From Myxococcota bacterium (GTDB lineage: Bacteria; Myxococcota_A; UBA9160; UBA6930): a stretch of DNA of 64,000 nucleotides. Position 1 is the stretch's first letter; each line of letters starts with the position of its first letter. The notes beneath the pieces are model-generated. The model worked only from the letters and a program-made list of their open reading frames with translations, made no database searches and had not been told where the DNA came from. Below, one piece after another: positions 20,567-30,070 of the stretch. The DNA lies in assembly GCA_965223705.1 (NCBI GenBank), contig OZ245015.1, positions 2,464,001 through 2,528,000 on the forward strand. The letters run 5' to 3'. Made by a program: the position numbers and the translations under genes.

Positions 20567-21318
20567 GGCTTCTCGGGTTTGACCCAGCGGTGGACGAACG
20601 CGTCCGTCGGAATTTCCATCTTGAAGAAAGGCGCGTCTTTCGGATCTTCGGCATTGCGCATGAAGTCGTCCGTCGCCGCGAGCCGAAAGCCTGCGGCTTC
20701 GAAGTCGGCCTTCACGAGATCCTCATCGATGCGGTGCAGGGAATCGGCCGCCTCGCGCAATGGCGCGCCGGACTTTGCGGCGTGGTCGACGACAATGACG
20801 GCGCCGCCCGGGCGAAGCGCTTCGAAGAACTGCTTCGCCAACGCCCGTGGCTCGACGTCGTAAAGAATCGCGTCGTGGTAGAAGAAGATGATCGTGATGA
20901 GATCGAGATCGCGCGCTTCGGGTGGAAGGGGCTCGTCGAGTTTGCGGTCGACCCGGACGACGTTTCGATTGACGGGCCTCGCGAGGCGCGCCGGCCACGT
21001 CTCACCGACGTATTTCTCGATCGTACGGGGTGTATTGTGCCCGAAGACCGTCCCGGACTGTCCAACGGCACGCGCCAGCAACTCGCTGGTGTAGCCGCTA
21101 CCCGCCCCGATATCGGCGACGCGGTCGCCGAGCGAAACGCCTGCGAAAGCGAGAAACGCGGCCGGCTGCCGGCGCTCGTCCTTGGCGCGGTCGTCGTCTG
21201 TGCGGTCCGGAGAGGCCGCGACGAGCTTCGCCGCCTCGTCTCCCAGGGCGTGCGCGGTCGTCCCAATCGTCGCCGCGAGCGCTATCAGGCCGATACAAAA
21301 GAGGTGGGTTCGCGTCAT
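20563..21318 (-). CDS. Exported class I SAM-dependent methyltransferase-like protein
   Basis: Signal peptide; DIGAGSGY, YHD, LRPGG..VVDH. Confidence 0.8.
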   Translation of the reverse strand: MTRTHLFCIGLIALAATIGTTAHALGDEAAKLVAASPDRTDDDRAKDERRQPAAFLAFAGVSLGDRVADIGAGSGYTSELLARAVGQSGTVFGHNTPRTIEKYVGETWPARLARPVNRNVVRVDRKLDEPLPPEARDLDLITIIFFYHDAILYDVEPRALAKQFFEALRPGGAVIVVDHAAKSGAPLREAADSLHRIDEDLVKADFEAAGFRLAATDDFMRNAEDPKDAPFFKMEIPTDAFVHRWVKPEKP

Positions 21319-21410
21319 CGTGTCGAGTCTCTCCTCGACGGCGCATGATAGACCGTCTCCCACAGGCACGTGCGACACTGTGATAGAAATTCATCGGAGG
21401 CGTTGCACAG

Positions 21411-22514
21411 ATGGAGCGCACGCGAGAAATCGCCATCGACTCGGCCTGTCGAGGCCAACTGCACGTACCCCCGGCTGGCGCCGGCCCCGGGCTCCTCGTC
21501 GTCTATCCGGAGGCAAGCACCGCAGCCGCCGAGCCCTTCGCCGCACGGTTTGCCGACGAGGGCTACGTGGCCCTCTCCGTAGCAGCCCCGGATGATTCGG
21601 CGACAGAAGCCGCTTTTCGCGCGCTCGCGAAAGAAGCCAGCACCGAATCGGGGATGGGTCTTTTGGGTTTCGGAGAAGCGGGGCTCGCCGCGTGCCTCGA
21701 CGCGACGGACTGCGCGTGCGCTGTGCTGTTCGACGTGATGCCTTCCGAGAGCTCGGCGAGCGCGCTCAAGGCACGCCCCTTCCCAGTGCTGCTCCACTTG
21801 GTCGGCGAAGCACCTTCGGTCCAGGAAACATGTGCCGCCCTGTCGGAGCAGAGCCTCCGAGCCGCCGCCTATCCGGGGTGCCGACCCGGATTTTTCCTCC
21901 CCGACTCCGCGGAGCACGACCGGCCCGGTGCCATGATGGCGCACTCTCGCAGCCTCGCGGTGCTGCGCCGGCACTTAGGCCCGGAATACGATCTCGAGGC
22001 GCTCTGGGACGCCCACACCTACCACGAGTTCGCCACGCGCGATGTCGACGCGACGATGAAGACGATGGTCGACGAGCCCTACGTGAATCACATCCCGACC
22101 ATGACCGGCGGTGTCGGAGGCGCGCAGCTCCGGCACTTCTACGAGCATCATTTTGTCTTCGCAAATCCCGAAGACACGCAGCTCATCCCAGTCTCTCGAA
22201 CAATCGGCGTCGATCGCGTGGTCGACGAGATGTTGTTCTGCTTCACGCACACCCGGGAGATCCCCTGGATGATTCCGGGAATCGCTCCCACCGGGAAGTA
22301 CGTGGAGATTCCCCTCGTCGCCATCGTCAACTTCCGGGGCGACAAGCTCTACCACGAGCACATCTACTGGGATCAAGCCTCGGTCCTGACACAGCTCGGC
22401 CTACTCGACCCGAAGAACCTTCCCGTTGCCGGCGTCGAGGTCGCAAGAAAACTCGTCGACGAAACGCTGCCGTCGAATGCGCTGATGGGCGACAGCTGGA
22501 AGGGCCCGGGCTAG
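21411..22514 (+). CDS. Dienelactone-hydrolase-like domain (degenerate) fused to SnoaL-like domain
   Basis: C-terminal WDAHTYHEF, YVNHIPTMTGG, HEHIYWDQASVL; N-terminal alpha/beta domain lacks GxCxGG. Confidence 0.8.
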   Translation: MERTREIAIDSACRGQLHVPPAGAGPGLLVVYPEASTAAAEPFAARFADEGYVALSVAAPDDSATEAAFRALAKEASTESGMGLLGFGEAGLAACLDATDCACAVLFDVMPSESSASALKARPFPVLLHLVGEAPSVQETCAALSEQSLRAAAYPGCRPGFFLPDSAEHDRPGAMMAHSRSLAVLRRHLGPEYDLEALWDAHTYHEFATRDVDATMKTMVDEPYVNHIPTMTGGVGGAQLRHFYEHHFVFANPEDTQLIPVSRTIGVDRVVDEMLFCFTHTREIPWMIPGIAPTGKYVEIPLVAIVNFRGDKLYHEHIYWDQASVLTQLGLLDPKNLPVAGVEVARKLVDETLPSNALMGDSWKGPG

Positions 22515-22561
22515 AGGGAAGGAGAACGCGGCCCGACCTCGATCCGCGCTCTACCTCGTCG

Positions 22562-23869
22562 CTAGGGGAAGACACCCCGAGAGCGCTTCGCCTCGGCCAC
22601 TTTCCCGATGCCGTTCATCAACGCTGCGGTTCGCAGGTCGACGCTTTCGCGCTCGGCGCTGTCATACACCTCGCGGAACGCGCGGGACATGATTTCGGAC
22701 AAACGCGTGTTGACTTCGTCCTCGGTCCAGAACAGGCGTTGGGAATCCTGAACCCACTCGAAATACGAGACGGTCACGCCGCCGGCATTCGCGAGAATGT
22801 CGGGAACGACGCAAATCCCGCGTTCCCGCAGAATCGCGTCGGCCTCGAGCGTCGTGGGACCGTTCGCTCCCTCGACGACGAGCCGGCAATCGATTCGATG
22901 CGCGTTCTGTTCCGTGATCTGTTGTTGAATCGCCGCCGGAATCAGTATCTCGCACGGAACCTCGAGAACGTCCGCGGGCGCACAGCGGTCACCGCCTTCG
23001 AAACCCTCGATCAGGCCCGACCCGGCGACCCATTCGTCGAGAGCCACGAGATCGATACCCGAAGGATTGATGAGACCGCTGCGCACATCCGACACTGCGA
23101 CGATTTTGCAGCCCACCGCTGCCGCGGCGCGTGCGGCAGCCGCTCCGACCTGTCCGTAGCCTTGTATCGCGACCCGGGCGCCCTCGAGAGGGATGCCACT
23201 GCGCTCCGCCGCCTCGCGCGCACAGATGAAGACGCCGCGCCCCGTCGCTTCTTTCCGTCCGAGGGACCCCCCGAGATGCACCGGCTTTCCCGTGACGACC
23301 GCCGGCACCGTGTAGCCCTTGTGCTGGGAGTACGTGTCCATGATCCAGGCCATCACGCGCTCGCTCGTTCCAAGATCCGGCGCGGGGATGTCGCGGTCGG
23401 GTCCGATGGTGTCGATGATTTCCATGGTGTAGCGGCGCGTGACGCGCTGTAGTTCGGCGCGCGAAAGATTCGAAGGGTCGATCCGGACACCGCCCTTCGC
23501 GCCGCCGAACGGGACGCCGATGATCGCGCACTTCCACGACATCCACATTGCGAGCGCCGTCACTTCGCCCATGTTGACGTCTTCGTCGAAGCGAATGCCG
23601 CCCTTGGTCGGACCCATCGTCAGCAGGTGTTGGACGCGATAGCCGAAAACCGTTTCGACGGTTCGGTAGTCGTCGCGACGGAACGGAAACGAAACGACCT
23701 GGGCGCGTTGCGGTGTTCGAAGCCGCTCCCAGACATTCGCGTCGAGCCCCATGTGATGGGCCGTGCGATCGAGTTGAGCCACGGCCATGCGATACATGGG
23801 CGTGTCCCACTCGAGGGTCGACTCGACGTCGACGAGTTCCTTCTCTTCGGCTTTTAGCGCTGCGCTCAC
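22562..23869 (-). CDS. gdhA: Glu/Leu/Phe/Val dehydrogenase (glutamate dehydrogenase)
   Basis: GPTKGGIR, PFGGAKGG, DIPAPD, EGANGP, NAGGVTVSYFEW. Confidence 0.9.
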   Translation of the reverse strand: MSAALKAEEKELVDVESTLEWDTPMYRMAVAQLDRTAHHMGLDANVWERLRTPQRAQVVSFPFRRDDYRTVETVFGYRVQHLLTMGPTKGGIRFDEDVNMGEVTALAMWMSWKCAIIGVPFGGAKGGVRIDPSNLSRAELQRVTRRYTMEIIDTIGPDRDIPAPDLGTSERVMAWIMDTYSQHKGYTVPAVVTGKPVHLGGSLGRKEATGRGVFICAREAAERSGIPLEGARVAIQGYGQVGAAAARAAAAVGCKIVAVSDVRSGLINPSGIDLVALDEWVAGSGLIEGFEGGDRCAPADVLEVPCEILIPAAIQQQITEQNAHRIDCRLVVEGANGPTTLEADAILRERGICVVPDILANAGGVTVSYFEWVQDSQRLFWTEDEVNTRLSEIMSRAFREVYDSAERESVDLRTAALMNGIGKVAEAKRSRGVFP

Positions 23870-23940
23870 GGGGGCCGCCTCCTCCGGGGCCTATCGACCC
23901 TACGCCGGCGGAAATGGAGCCCGAAAAGCCCGGATCGACT

Positions 23941-24825
23941 CTAGAAGTCGTAGAGGAGGTTTGCGAAATAGCGGAAATCGTTCTTGTCGGTGGGGCGCTG
24001 GCTCGTCGAGTCGTATTCGTTCTCGAAGCCGAGCTTCACCTTCCAGGATTCGGTGCCCTCGAGATCCGCCTCCCAAGCGAGGCCCGTCAGGTTCCGGTAG
24101 TCCCCGGCCTTCTCGAGGCTCGGGAACACGGTGTTGTAGAAGGACAATGCGTGGCCCTGGGAGAAATTCCACAGCACCTCGACGCCGATCAGCCACTCCG
24201 GAACCAGGTCGTGATCGCTTCCCGGCCCGCTCGTGCGCGTCAACTGGAGGCCCGTGCGTCCCCGTACGTTCCACCGCTCGTCGTCGAGGAACTGGTAGCC
24301 GGGACCGCCGCCCACGCTGTAGCGGTGGTTCCAGGCTTCGAAGGAATCGCGTTCGTACTTGCCCGAGGCGAAAGCGAACCACGGGCTACCGGGGAAGAGC
24401 CAGTCCCGCGTGAGCTGGGCGGTGGTCTGGTTCGCGTCGGTCTCTCCGTCGTTGTCCGATCGGAGGTAGTGGGCGTCGAAGAGCCAGCGCCGGTCCTCGT
24501 TCTCGTGGCCGAGATGGAGGCCCGCGTTGATGTTCAATGTATCGCTGTTGCCCTCGGCTCCGATGACGCCGAATTCGAGGGTGCGGTCCCACCCGACGAG
24601 AACACGCGAGCCGAACACGCCGCGCGGGGGCGGAGGCGGCGGCTCGATCTGAATGTCGCGCATCGGGATCGTGAGCCTCCCCAGGACGTCGTGGACCAGC
24701 ACGATTCGATCGTCGTCTCGCTCGATGATCGCGCCCTGGAGCGAATCTCCGTTGGTCAACGTCACCGACTCGCCCGCCGCCACCTGCGCCATCGCGAGCA
24801 CCACCAAAATGCAAAGCCTTTTCAC
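23941..24825 (-). CDS. DUF481-like outer-membrane beta-barrel protein
   Basis: Signal peptide, LTNGD N-domain, GNSD, GGGPGYQF, terminal aromatic (LLYDF). Confidence 0.75.
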   Translation of the reverse strand: MKRLCILVVLAMAQVAAGESVTLTNGDSLQGAIIERDDDRIVLVHDVLGRLTIPMRDIQIEPPPPPPRGVFGSRVLVGWDRTLEFGVIGAEGNSDTLNINAGLHLGHENEDRRWLFDAHYLRSDNDGETDANQTTAQLTRDWLFPGSPWFAFASGKYERDSFEAWNHRYSVGGGPGYQFLDDERWNVRGRTGLQLTRTSGPGSDHDLVPEWLIGVEVLWNFSQGHALSFYNTVFPSLEKAGDYRNLTGLAWEADLEGTESWKVKLGFENEYDSTSQRPTDKNDFRYFANLLYDF

Positions 24826-24899
24826 CCGACCCTCCTCCGTGGTCGGGGGATCTAGCGGATTCTCAACAAGGTTGCCGTGTGGAGTAAAAAGGCCGCGGT

Positions 24900-27353
24900 T
24901 TAAACCCGGATCCTCTCGTTGCGCGGATCGTACATCGGGCGCAGCGAGGCGCGCGCCGCGAACCGACGATGTTCGACGTCGATTTCGAAGCGACCGCTCT
25001 CGAGGAACGCGCGATCGACGCCACCGTCGTGGCGCACGTAGCCGAGGGCCATGGCGGCACCGAGGGTGTGTCCGTACCCAGCAGAGCTCGTCAAGCCGAC
25101 CAGTTCGCCGTCGCGAAGAATCGGCTCATTGTGAAACAGCTGCGGTTCGGGATCCTCGAGGAGAAACTGGACCAAACGGCGTGTCAAGGGCTTTCCCCGC
25201 TTCTCGAGCAAGGCGTCTCGCCCGATAAACCCGCCGGGCTTGTCCCAAGCGCACGTGAACGCCAGGCCGGATTCGAGTGGTGTGTCTTCGGGCCCAATGT
25301 CGTGCGCCCACTCTCGATAGCCCTTCTCGATGCGCAGCGAGTTCAGCGCGTGGTATCCACAGTGCTTTAGGTCGAAGGCGCGTCCCTCCTCGACGAGCCG
25401 GTCGTAGACGGGCAGCGCGTACTCGGTGGGAACGTAGAGCTCGAACCCGAGCTCTCCGGTGTACGAGACACGCATGGCGGTGAGGCGTTGGTAGCCGACC
25501 TCGAGTTCGCGCCACGTCCCGAACGGGAAGACGGAATCGTCCAGCGGATCTCGCGTCAAACGGGCGAGCAGATCTCGAGATTTCGGGCCCTGTAGATTCA
25601 GCATCACGTAAGCGGTGGTCACATCCGTCGTGACGCAGCGCTGCTCTTTGGGCAAGTGACGCCGGAGCCACGCGTCGACGTGCGTGTGAGTGAACGCAGG
25701 AGTCACGATGAGGAACGCGTCCTCGGCCATGCGCGAGATCGTTACGTCCGCCTCGATCCCGCCCCGCTCGTTCAGGAACTGGGTGTAGACCAAGTCTCCG
25801 ACCGGCATGTCGAGATCGGCGGTCGCGAGCCGATTCAAGCCCGCCAGCGCGTCGGCCCCCTGGACGAGGATTTTTGAAAAGGACGTCTGTTCGAACACGC
25901 CGACGCCTTCGCGGACGGCGCGATGCTCTTCGGCACTTCGATGAAACCAGTTCGTCTTGCCCCAGCCGTATTCGTATTCCGCCGACTCCCCGGCCTCGGC
26001 GTACCAGTTCGGCCGCTCCCACCCCGCTGATTCGCCGAAGCACGCCCCCACGGCCGCCACGCGGTCGTGAAGAATCGACTTCTTGACGTTCCGCGCCGTC
26101 TCCCATTGGCGCGCCGGCCAGTGGTGTTGGTACGCGATCCCCAGGGATTCGACGATACGGTCGCTCAGGTAGGCGAGGTTGTTGCGGAAGGGATGCATCC
26201 GTTGAAGATCGACATCCCAAACTTCCATCGGCGGATGTCCGTCGACGATCCAGTGCGCCATCACATGGCCAACGCCGCCGCCGGACAGAATTCCCAGCGA
26301 ATTGAAGCCCGCCGCCACAAAGAAGTTGTCGAGGTTGGGCGCTTCGCCCATCAGGTAGTTGTGATCCGGTGTAAACGACTCGGGACCGCAGAAGAACTGG
26401 CGGATCCCGACATCGTAGAGCGCGGGAATTCTCGCCATGGCCTTTTCGATGTACGGCTCCATGCGCTCCCAATCGGGCGACAGCTCGTCGAAACAGAACG
26501 CGTCCGGGATACCGTCGACGCCCCAGGTCGCGGCGACCGGCTCGAAGAAGCCGAGCAGGATCTTGCCCCCGGCTTCCTCTCGTGCGTAAGCGGATTTTTC
26601 GGGGTTGCGAAGGATCGGGAGCATGTTGTGCACGCCCTCGATCGGTTCGGATATGAGGTAGTAGTGTTCGGCGGCCTGGAGCGGCACGTCGACGCCGGCC
26701 ATCTTGCCGATCTCCCGTCCCCACATTCCCCCGCAGTTGACCACGTACTCCGAGAGAATGCGCCCGCGTTCGGTCTCGACGCCGACGGCGCGACCGTCTT
26801 GGGTCAGCACGCCGGTTACCGCGGTGTCCTCGAAGAGGAGCGCGCCTTTTTGGGAAGCTCCCTTCATCAAGGCCTGGGTGACGTCCGTCGGGTTCGCCCG
26901 ACCGTCCTTCGGGAAATAGAAGCCAGCCTCGACGTCGGAGACGTCCGCGAGGGGCCACATCTCCTTCATCTGCGCGGCGCTGATCTCTTCGTTCTCGACC
27001 CCGAAAACCCGCGCCAGTGCGGTGCCACGTCGCATCTCGCGAACCTTTTCCGGGCTCTCGGCGATTTGAATCGAGCCGCAGCGCAGAAACCCGGTGGCCT
27101 GCCCGGTCTCCTGCTCCAGTCGGTCGTAGAGATCTTGGGTGTACTTCGCGAGCCAAGTCTGGCTCTCGGAATCGCGCAGGGTCGTCAGCAGGCCGGCGGC
27201 ATGCCACGTGGTTCCGCTCGTGAGCTTCTTGCGCTCGAGCACGACCACTTCCTGGACCCCCAACCGGGTCAGGTGGTAAGCGACGGAGGCGCCGATGACA
27301 CCCCCTCCGATGACGACGACGTGGGCGTGGCTGGGAAGTTCTCGATCGGCCAA
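24900..27353 (-). CDS. GcvT-family FAD/THF-dependent oxidoreductase (dimethylglycine/sarcosine dehydrogenase-like)
   Basis: GGGVIG, SGTTWHAAG, GPESFTPD, GWERPNW, SYTGELGFE, LRIEKG. Confidence 0.93.
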   Translation of the reverse strand: MADRELPSHAHVVVIGGGVIGASVAYHLTRLGVQEVVVLERKKLTSGTTWHAAGLLTTLRDSESQTWLAKYTQDLYDRLEQETGQATGFLRCGSIQIAESPEKVREMRRGTALARVFGVENEEISAAQMKEMWPLADVSDVEAGFYFPKDGRANPTDVTQALMKGASQKGALLFEDTAVTGVLTQDGRAVGVETERGRILSEYVVNCGGMWGREIGKMAGVDVPLQAAEHYYLISEPIEGVHNMLPILRNPEKSAYAREEAGGKILLGFFEPVAATWGVDGIPDAFCFDELSPDWERMEPYIEKAMARIPALYDVGIRQFFCGPESFTPDHNYLMGEAPNLDNFFVAAGFNSLGILSGGGVGHVMAHWIVDGHPPMEVWDVDLQRMHPFRNNLAYLSDRIVESLGIAYQHHWPARQWETARNVKKSILHDRVAAVGACFGESAGWERPNWYAEAGESAEYEYGWGKTNWFHRSAEEHRAVREGVGVFEQTSFSKILVQGADALAGLNRLATADLDMPVGDLVYTQFLNERGGIEADVTISRMAEDAFLIVTPAFTHTHVDAWLRRHLPKEQRCVTTDVTTAYVMLNLQGPKSRDLLARLTRDPLDDSVFPFGTWRELEVGYQRLTAMRVSYTGELGFELYVPTEYALPVYDRLVEEGRAFDLKHCGYHALNSLRIEKGYREWAHDIGPEDTPLESGLAFTCAWDKPGGFIGRDALLEKRGKPLTRRLVQFLLEDPEPQLFHNEPILRDGELVGLTSSAGYGHTLGAAMALGYVRHDGGVDRAFLESGRFEIDVEHRRFAARASLRPMYDPRNERIRV

Positions 27354-27424
27354 ACGGGTCTCCTCGCGAACGAGACGATCGCTCCGTCCCGTTCGGAGCC
27401 CATGGTAACCCGGTGGGGGTTGGC

Positions 27425-27691
27425 TTAGCTGACCGCGGAAGCGTCCTCGGATTGCTTGGGAAGCGTGTAGCCCTCTTTACGACCGAGCTCGCGCAGCTCG
27501 GCCAAGAGTCGAACCGACAGGTGCTGCATGGCTTCGAGGCGCTTCTTCCCGGTCATGAAAGACGTCTCGCAAGCGTCGGTTTCAATGCACAGAGCGCAGA
27601 ACGGAAGGCGATCTTGCTTGCGAATGCCCGGATAGATCTCGAGCAGTCGATCGGTCTTCGTTCCACAGAAAGCACAGGTATCGGATCGCAT
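27425..27691 (-). CDS. Small hypothetical protein with two CxxC pairs (possible zinc finger)
   Basis: CAFC...CALC; GGGAG RBS. Confidence 0.6.
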   Translation of the reverse strand: MRSDTCAFCGTKTDRLLEIYPGIRKQDRLPFCALCIETDACETSFMTGKKRLEAMQHLSVRLLAELRELGRKEGYTLPKQSEDASAVS

Positions 27692-27749
27692 GGCGTATCT
27701 CCCTCGTCTCAGGGAGTGCCCAAACGGCGCCTCTTCGTGACGAAAACCG

Positions 27750-28838
27750 TCAGTTTTTCAGAGAGTTTCTGGCCGATGGAAAGGAATTGATTCCCAGTTG
27801 CTCCCGGAAGTCCTCGCTGTCGCGTATGAACTGCTCCTCGAGGGGAATTCCTAGAGCGTTGGCGATCCGGTCGTTCTTGCTGAAGTTCGCTGCGATGATC
27901 GCCGCCGAGACGAGGCCTTCGGGCGAGACTTCTGCCGCGACGCGCCGCCGCGCCTCCTCGAGGTCCCCTTCCGTCGCGGATCCGATCAACGCGTCGGCGA
28001 ACTGAAGGAGAGCCTCTCCCTGGGGGACGCCGATCGGCTTCTTCGAGTCGACGAGCCCCGCGAGGTCCACGTCGTACGACTCGGACTTGGCGCTCTCACG
28101 GAGCACCACCGCGTGGGAAGTCGTTCAGTAGAAGCATTCGTTCAGCGCCGACACCCTCCCGGCGACCAGCTCGACTTGCGATCGGGAGAGACCGGGACAG
28201 TGGGAATAGGAGAAATCGAAGAAGAACTCGAGCGGCAAGTACTGCGCGTCGCCCAGCGCCATGTTCCGCCTGGCCTCGTCGGGCGCGAGGCTCAGCGCGC
28301 GGTAGATGAACGGTTGCATGGCGTCGCCATAGATGGCTCGTCCTTCATCCCCGCCCCGCCGACCGCAGGGAATGCTCGGTACGAACGCCCCTTCGTCGAT
28401 CGCCTTCTCCGGGCGCCGACCCGCGGGTTTTCCCGCCGACGCCTCGGGAAGGGAGACGCTCGGGACACCGATGCCCCGTGCGAACACATCGTGATTCACG
28501 ATGCGGGACACGACGCCGACGACCTCGACGCAGGCGGCGTCGCCGATCTCGGCCAACACGGGCTCGATGCGCTTGTCGTCGAGCTCCTGTGGACGCGCGG
28601 CGACATCGTGGACCCACGCCCGAACCGTATCGGACAGTCGACCGGCGGGTGGCGTTTCATCGCTCCCGGCGGATGAGAACCCCGCCGCGCACCGGGCGGC
28701 GCGGGCTTCGAGTGCGATCGCGCGGCGATCCGCACCGTCCCAGTATTCACCGGCCCGCGTGCACGCTTCGAGATCATCGCCGTGCAAGCGGATCAGCGGA
28801 GCGGGAACGGGCAGCAGTGCGTCGCTGTAGACACGCAT
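27750..28838 (-). CDS. AhpD/carboxymuconolactone-decarboxylase-like alkylhydroperoxidase, predicted selenoprotein (362 aa, Sec at codon 238)
   Basis: ORFs 28125..28838 and 27750..28109 are in frame across TGA 28125-28127; readthrough gives VSALNECFY-U-TTSH, the AhpD CxxC-x3-H motif; SECIS-like hairpin follows. Confidence 0.85.
28084..28122 (-). promoter_or_regulatory. Putative bacterial SECIS element of the AhpD-like gene
   Basis: mRNA after UGA: lower stem GACUU/AAGUC; upper stem GGUGCUC/GAGCGCC (one U-G pair); loop CGUGA at +25 to +29. Confidence 0.7.
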
Positions 28839-28903
28839 CGTCAGCTCCTCAGTTGCCGAGCGGCGATGCTACCATGCTGCCGGGGTACGTCTCGGAGGTT
28901 CCC

Positions 28904-30070
28904 ATGACGACGGTGTTATTCGACGATCGCGCGACCGAAACGAGCGCGGCGACGACGCGCGGCGACGCTTGCTGGGTCGTTGCGCGTGAGCTCCCGGACC
29001 TCACCGGCTGGGAGCACAAACCCGAAGGCGTGTGCCGCGACGAGATGTGCGTCCCGGTCCCTTCGGGCGCGTCGTGGCTCGACGGCGACCTCTTCAACCT
29101 CCATGCATTCGCCGCGCATCGCGGACAGGCGGCAGCGTACGATTCGGCCACCGACACGTGGTCCTTCGGCCCCCCCTCGGGCTCGATGCTCCGGACGGGG
29201 TTCGCCCCGGACTTCGAGTTGCCCGACTTCGACGGAAAACTCCACCGGCTGTCCAACTACCGGGGCAAGAAAGTCCTTCTGATGACGTGGGCCAGCTGGT
29301 GAGGCTGCCGTTACGACCTGCCGGTCTGGCAGGTTCTTCAAGACGAAATGGCCGATCGCGGGTTCACCGTTGTCGCCGTCGCCCTCGATACGGCCGGCGC
29401 GAAAGCAGCGCAATCGTTCGCTTCTGCCACCGACGCGGCCGACGTGCCGCCGCCGATTCGCGCGATCATGGGTTGGAGCGACGAGCTCTGGGACGCCGCA
29501 CGTCGTCCGACCTACCCGAGCTTGCTCGATACGCGGCACCTCGTTGCGCAGCGTTACGACATCACCAACGTTCCGTCCGCGACGTGGATCGATGAAGAGG
29601 GGCGTATCGTGCGTCCGCCCGAAAGTGCCGGTTCCCACGACGTCGTGCGGCACATCGACATCGAGACTTTTGAAGTTCCGCCCGACGTCGTCGAGCGGGG
29701 CCGCGAAGTACGCGCGCGCTACCTCGATGCCGTTCGCGACTGGATCCTCCTCGGGCCGAATAGCCGCTTCGCCCTGACCCCGGAGGAAGTGCAAGCGAGG
29801 CTTTCCGACGTGTCTCCCGAGGCGTCTCTCGCGGCTGCGAACTTCAGCTTGGGCTCCCATCTCTACGAGCTCGGTCATGCCGACGCGGCCAAGGCGTATC
29901 TCGAGGAAGCGGTTCGACTGCGTCCCGAGGCGTGGACCCACCTGCGCCAGAAAATCGCCGTTGCGAACGACGCGGCGGTCGGTGAGATCGCGGCCGATCC
30001 CGAGTACTGGCGCGCCGTACACGCGCTGGGCGATACGCCGTACTACCCGCCCATCGATATGCCGGAGTGA
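28904..30070 (+). CDS. TlpA/ResA-like thioredoxin-fold redoxin with C-terminal TPR-like helices, predicted selenoprotein (388 aa, Sec at codon 133)
   Basis: APDFELPDFDGK..LSNYRGKKVLLMTWASW-TGA(29300-29302)-GCRYDLP continues in frame into ORF 29348..30070 (NVPSATWIDEEGRIV); GGAGG RBS before ATG 28904. Confidence 0.9.
29315..29335 (+). promoter_or_regulatory. Putative bacterial SECIS element of the TlpA-like gene
   Basis: Perfect 7-bp stem ACCTGCC (29316-29322) / GGCAGGT (29328-29334), loop GGTCT, 13 nt after the TGA. Confidence 0.8.

Noticed and set aside
27750..30070. Reading the two TGA-split genes as pseudogenes or as four separate small genes
   Set aside because: Both stops are TGA, in frame, at catalytic-Cys positions and followed by hairpins, with no frameshifts or decay in either half.
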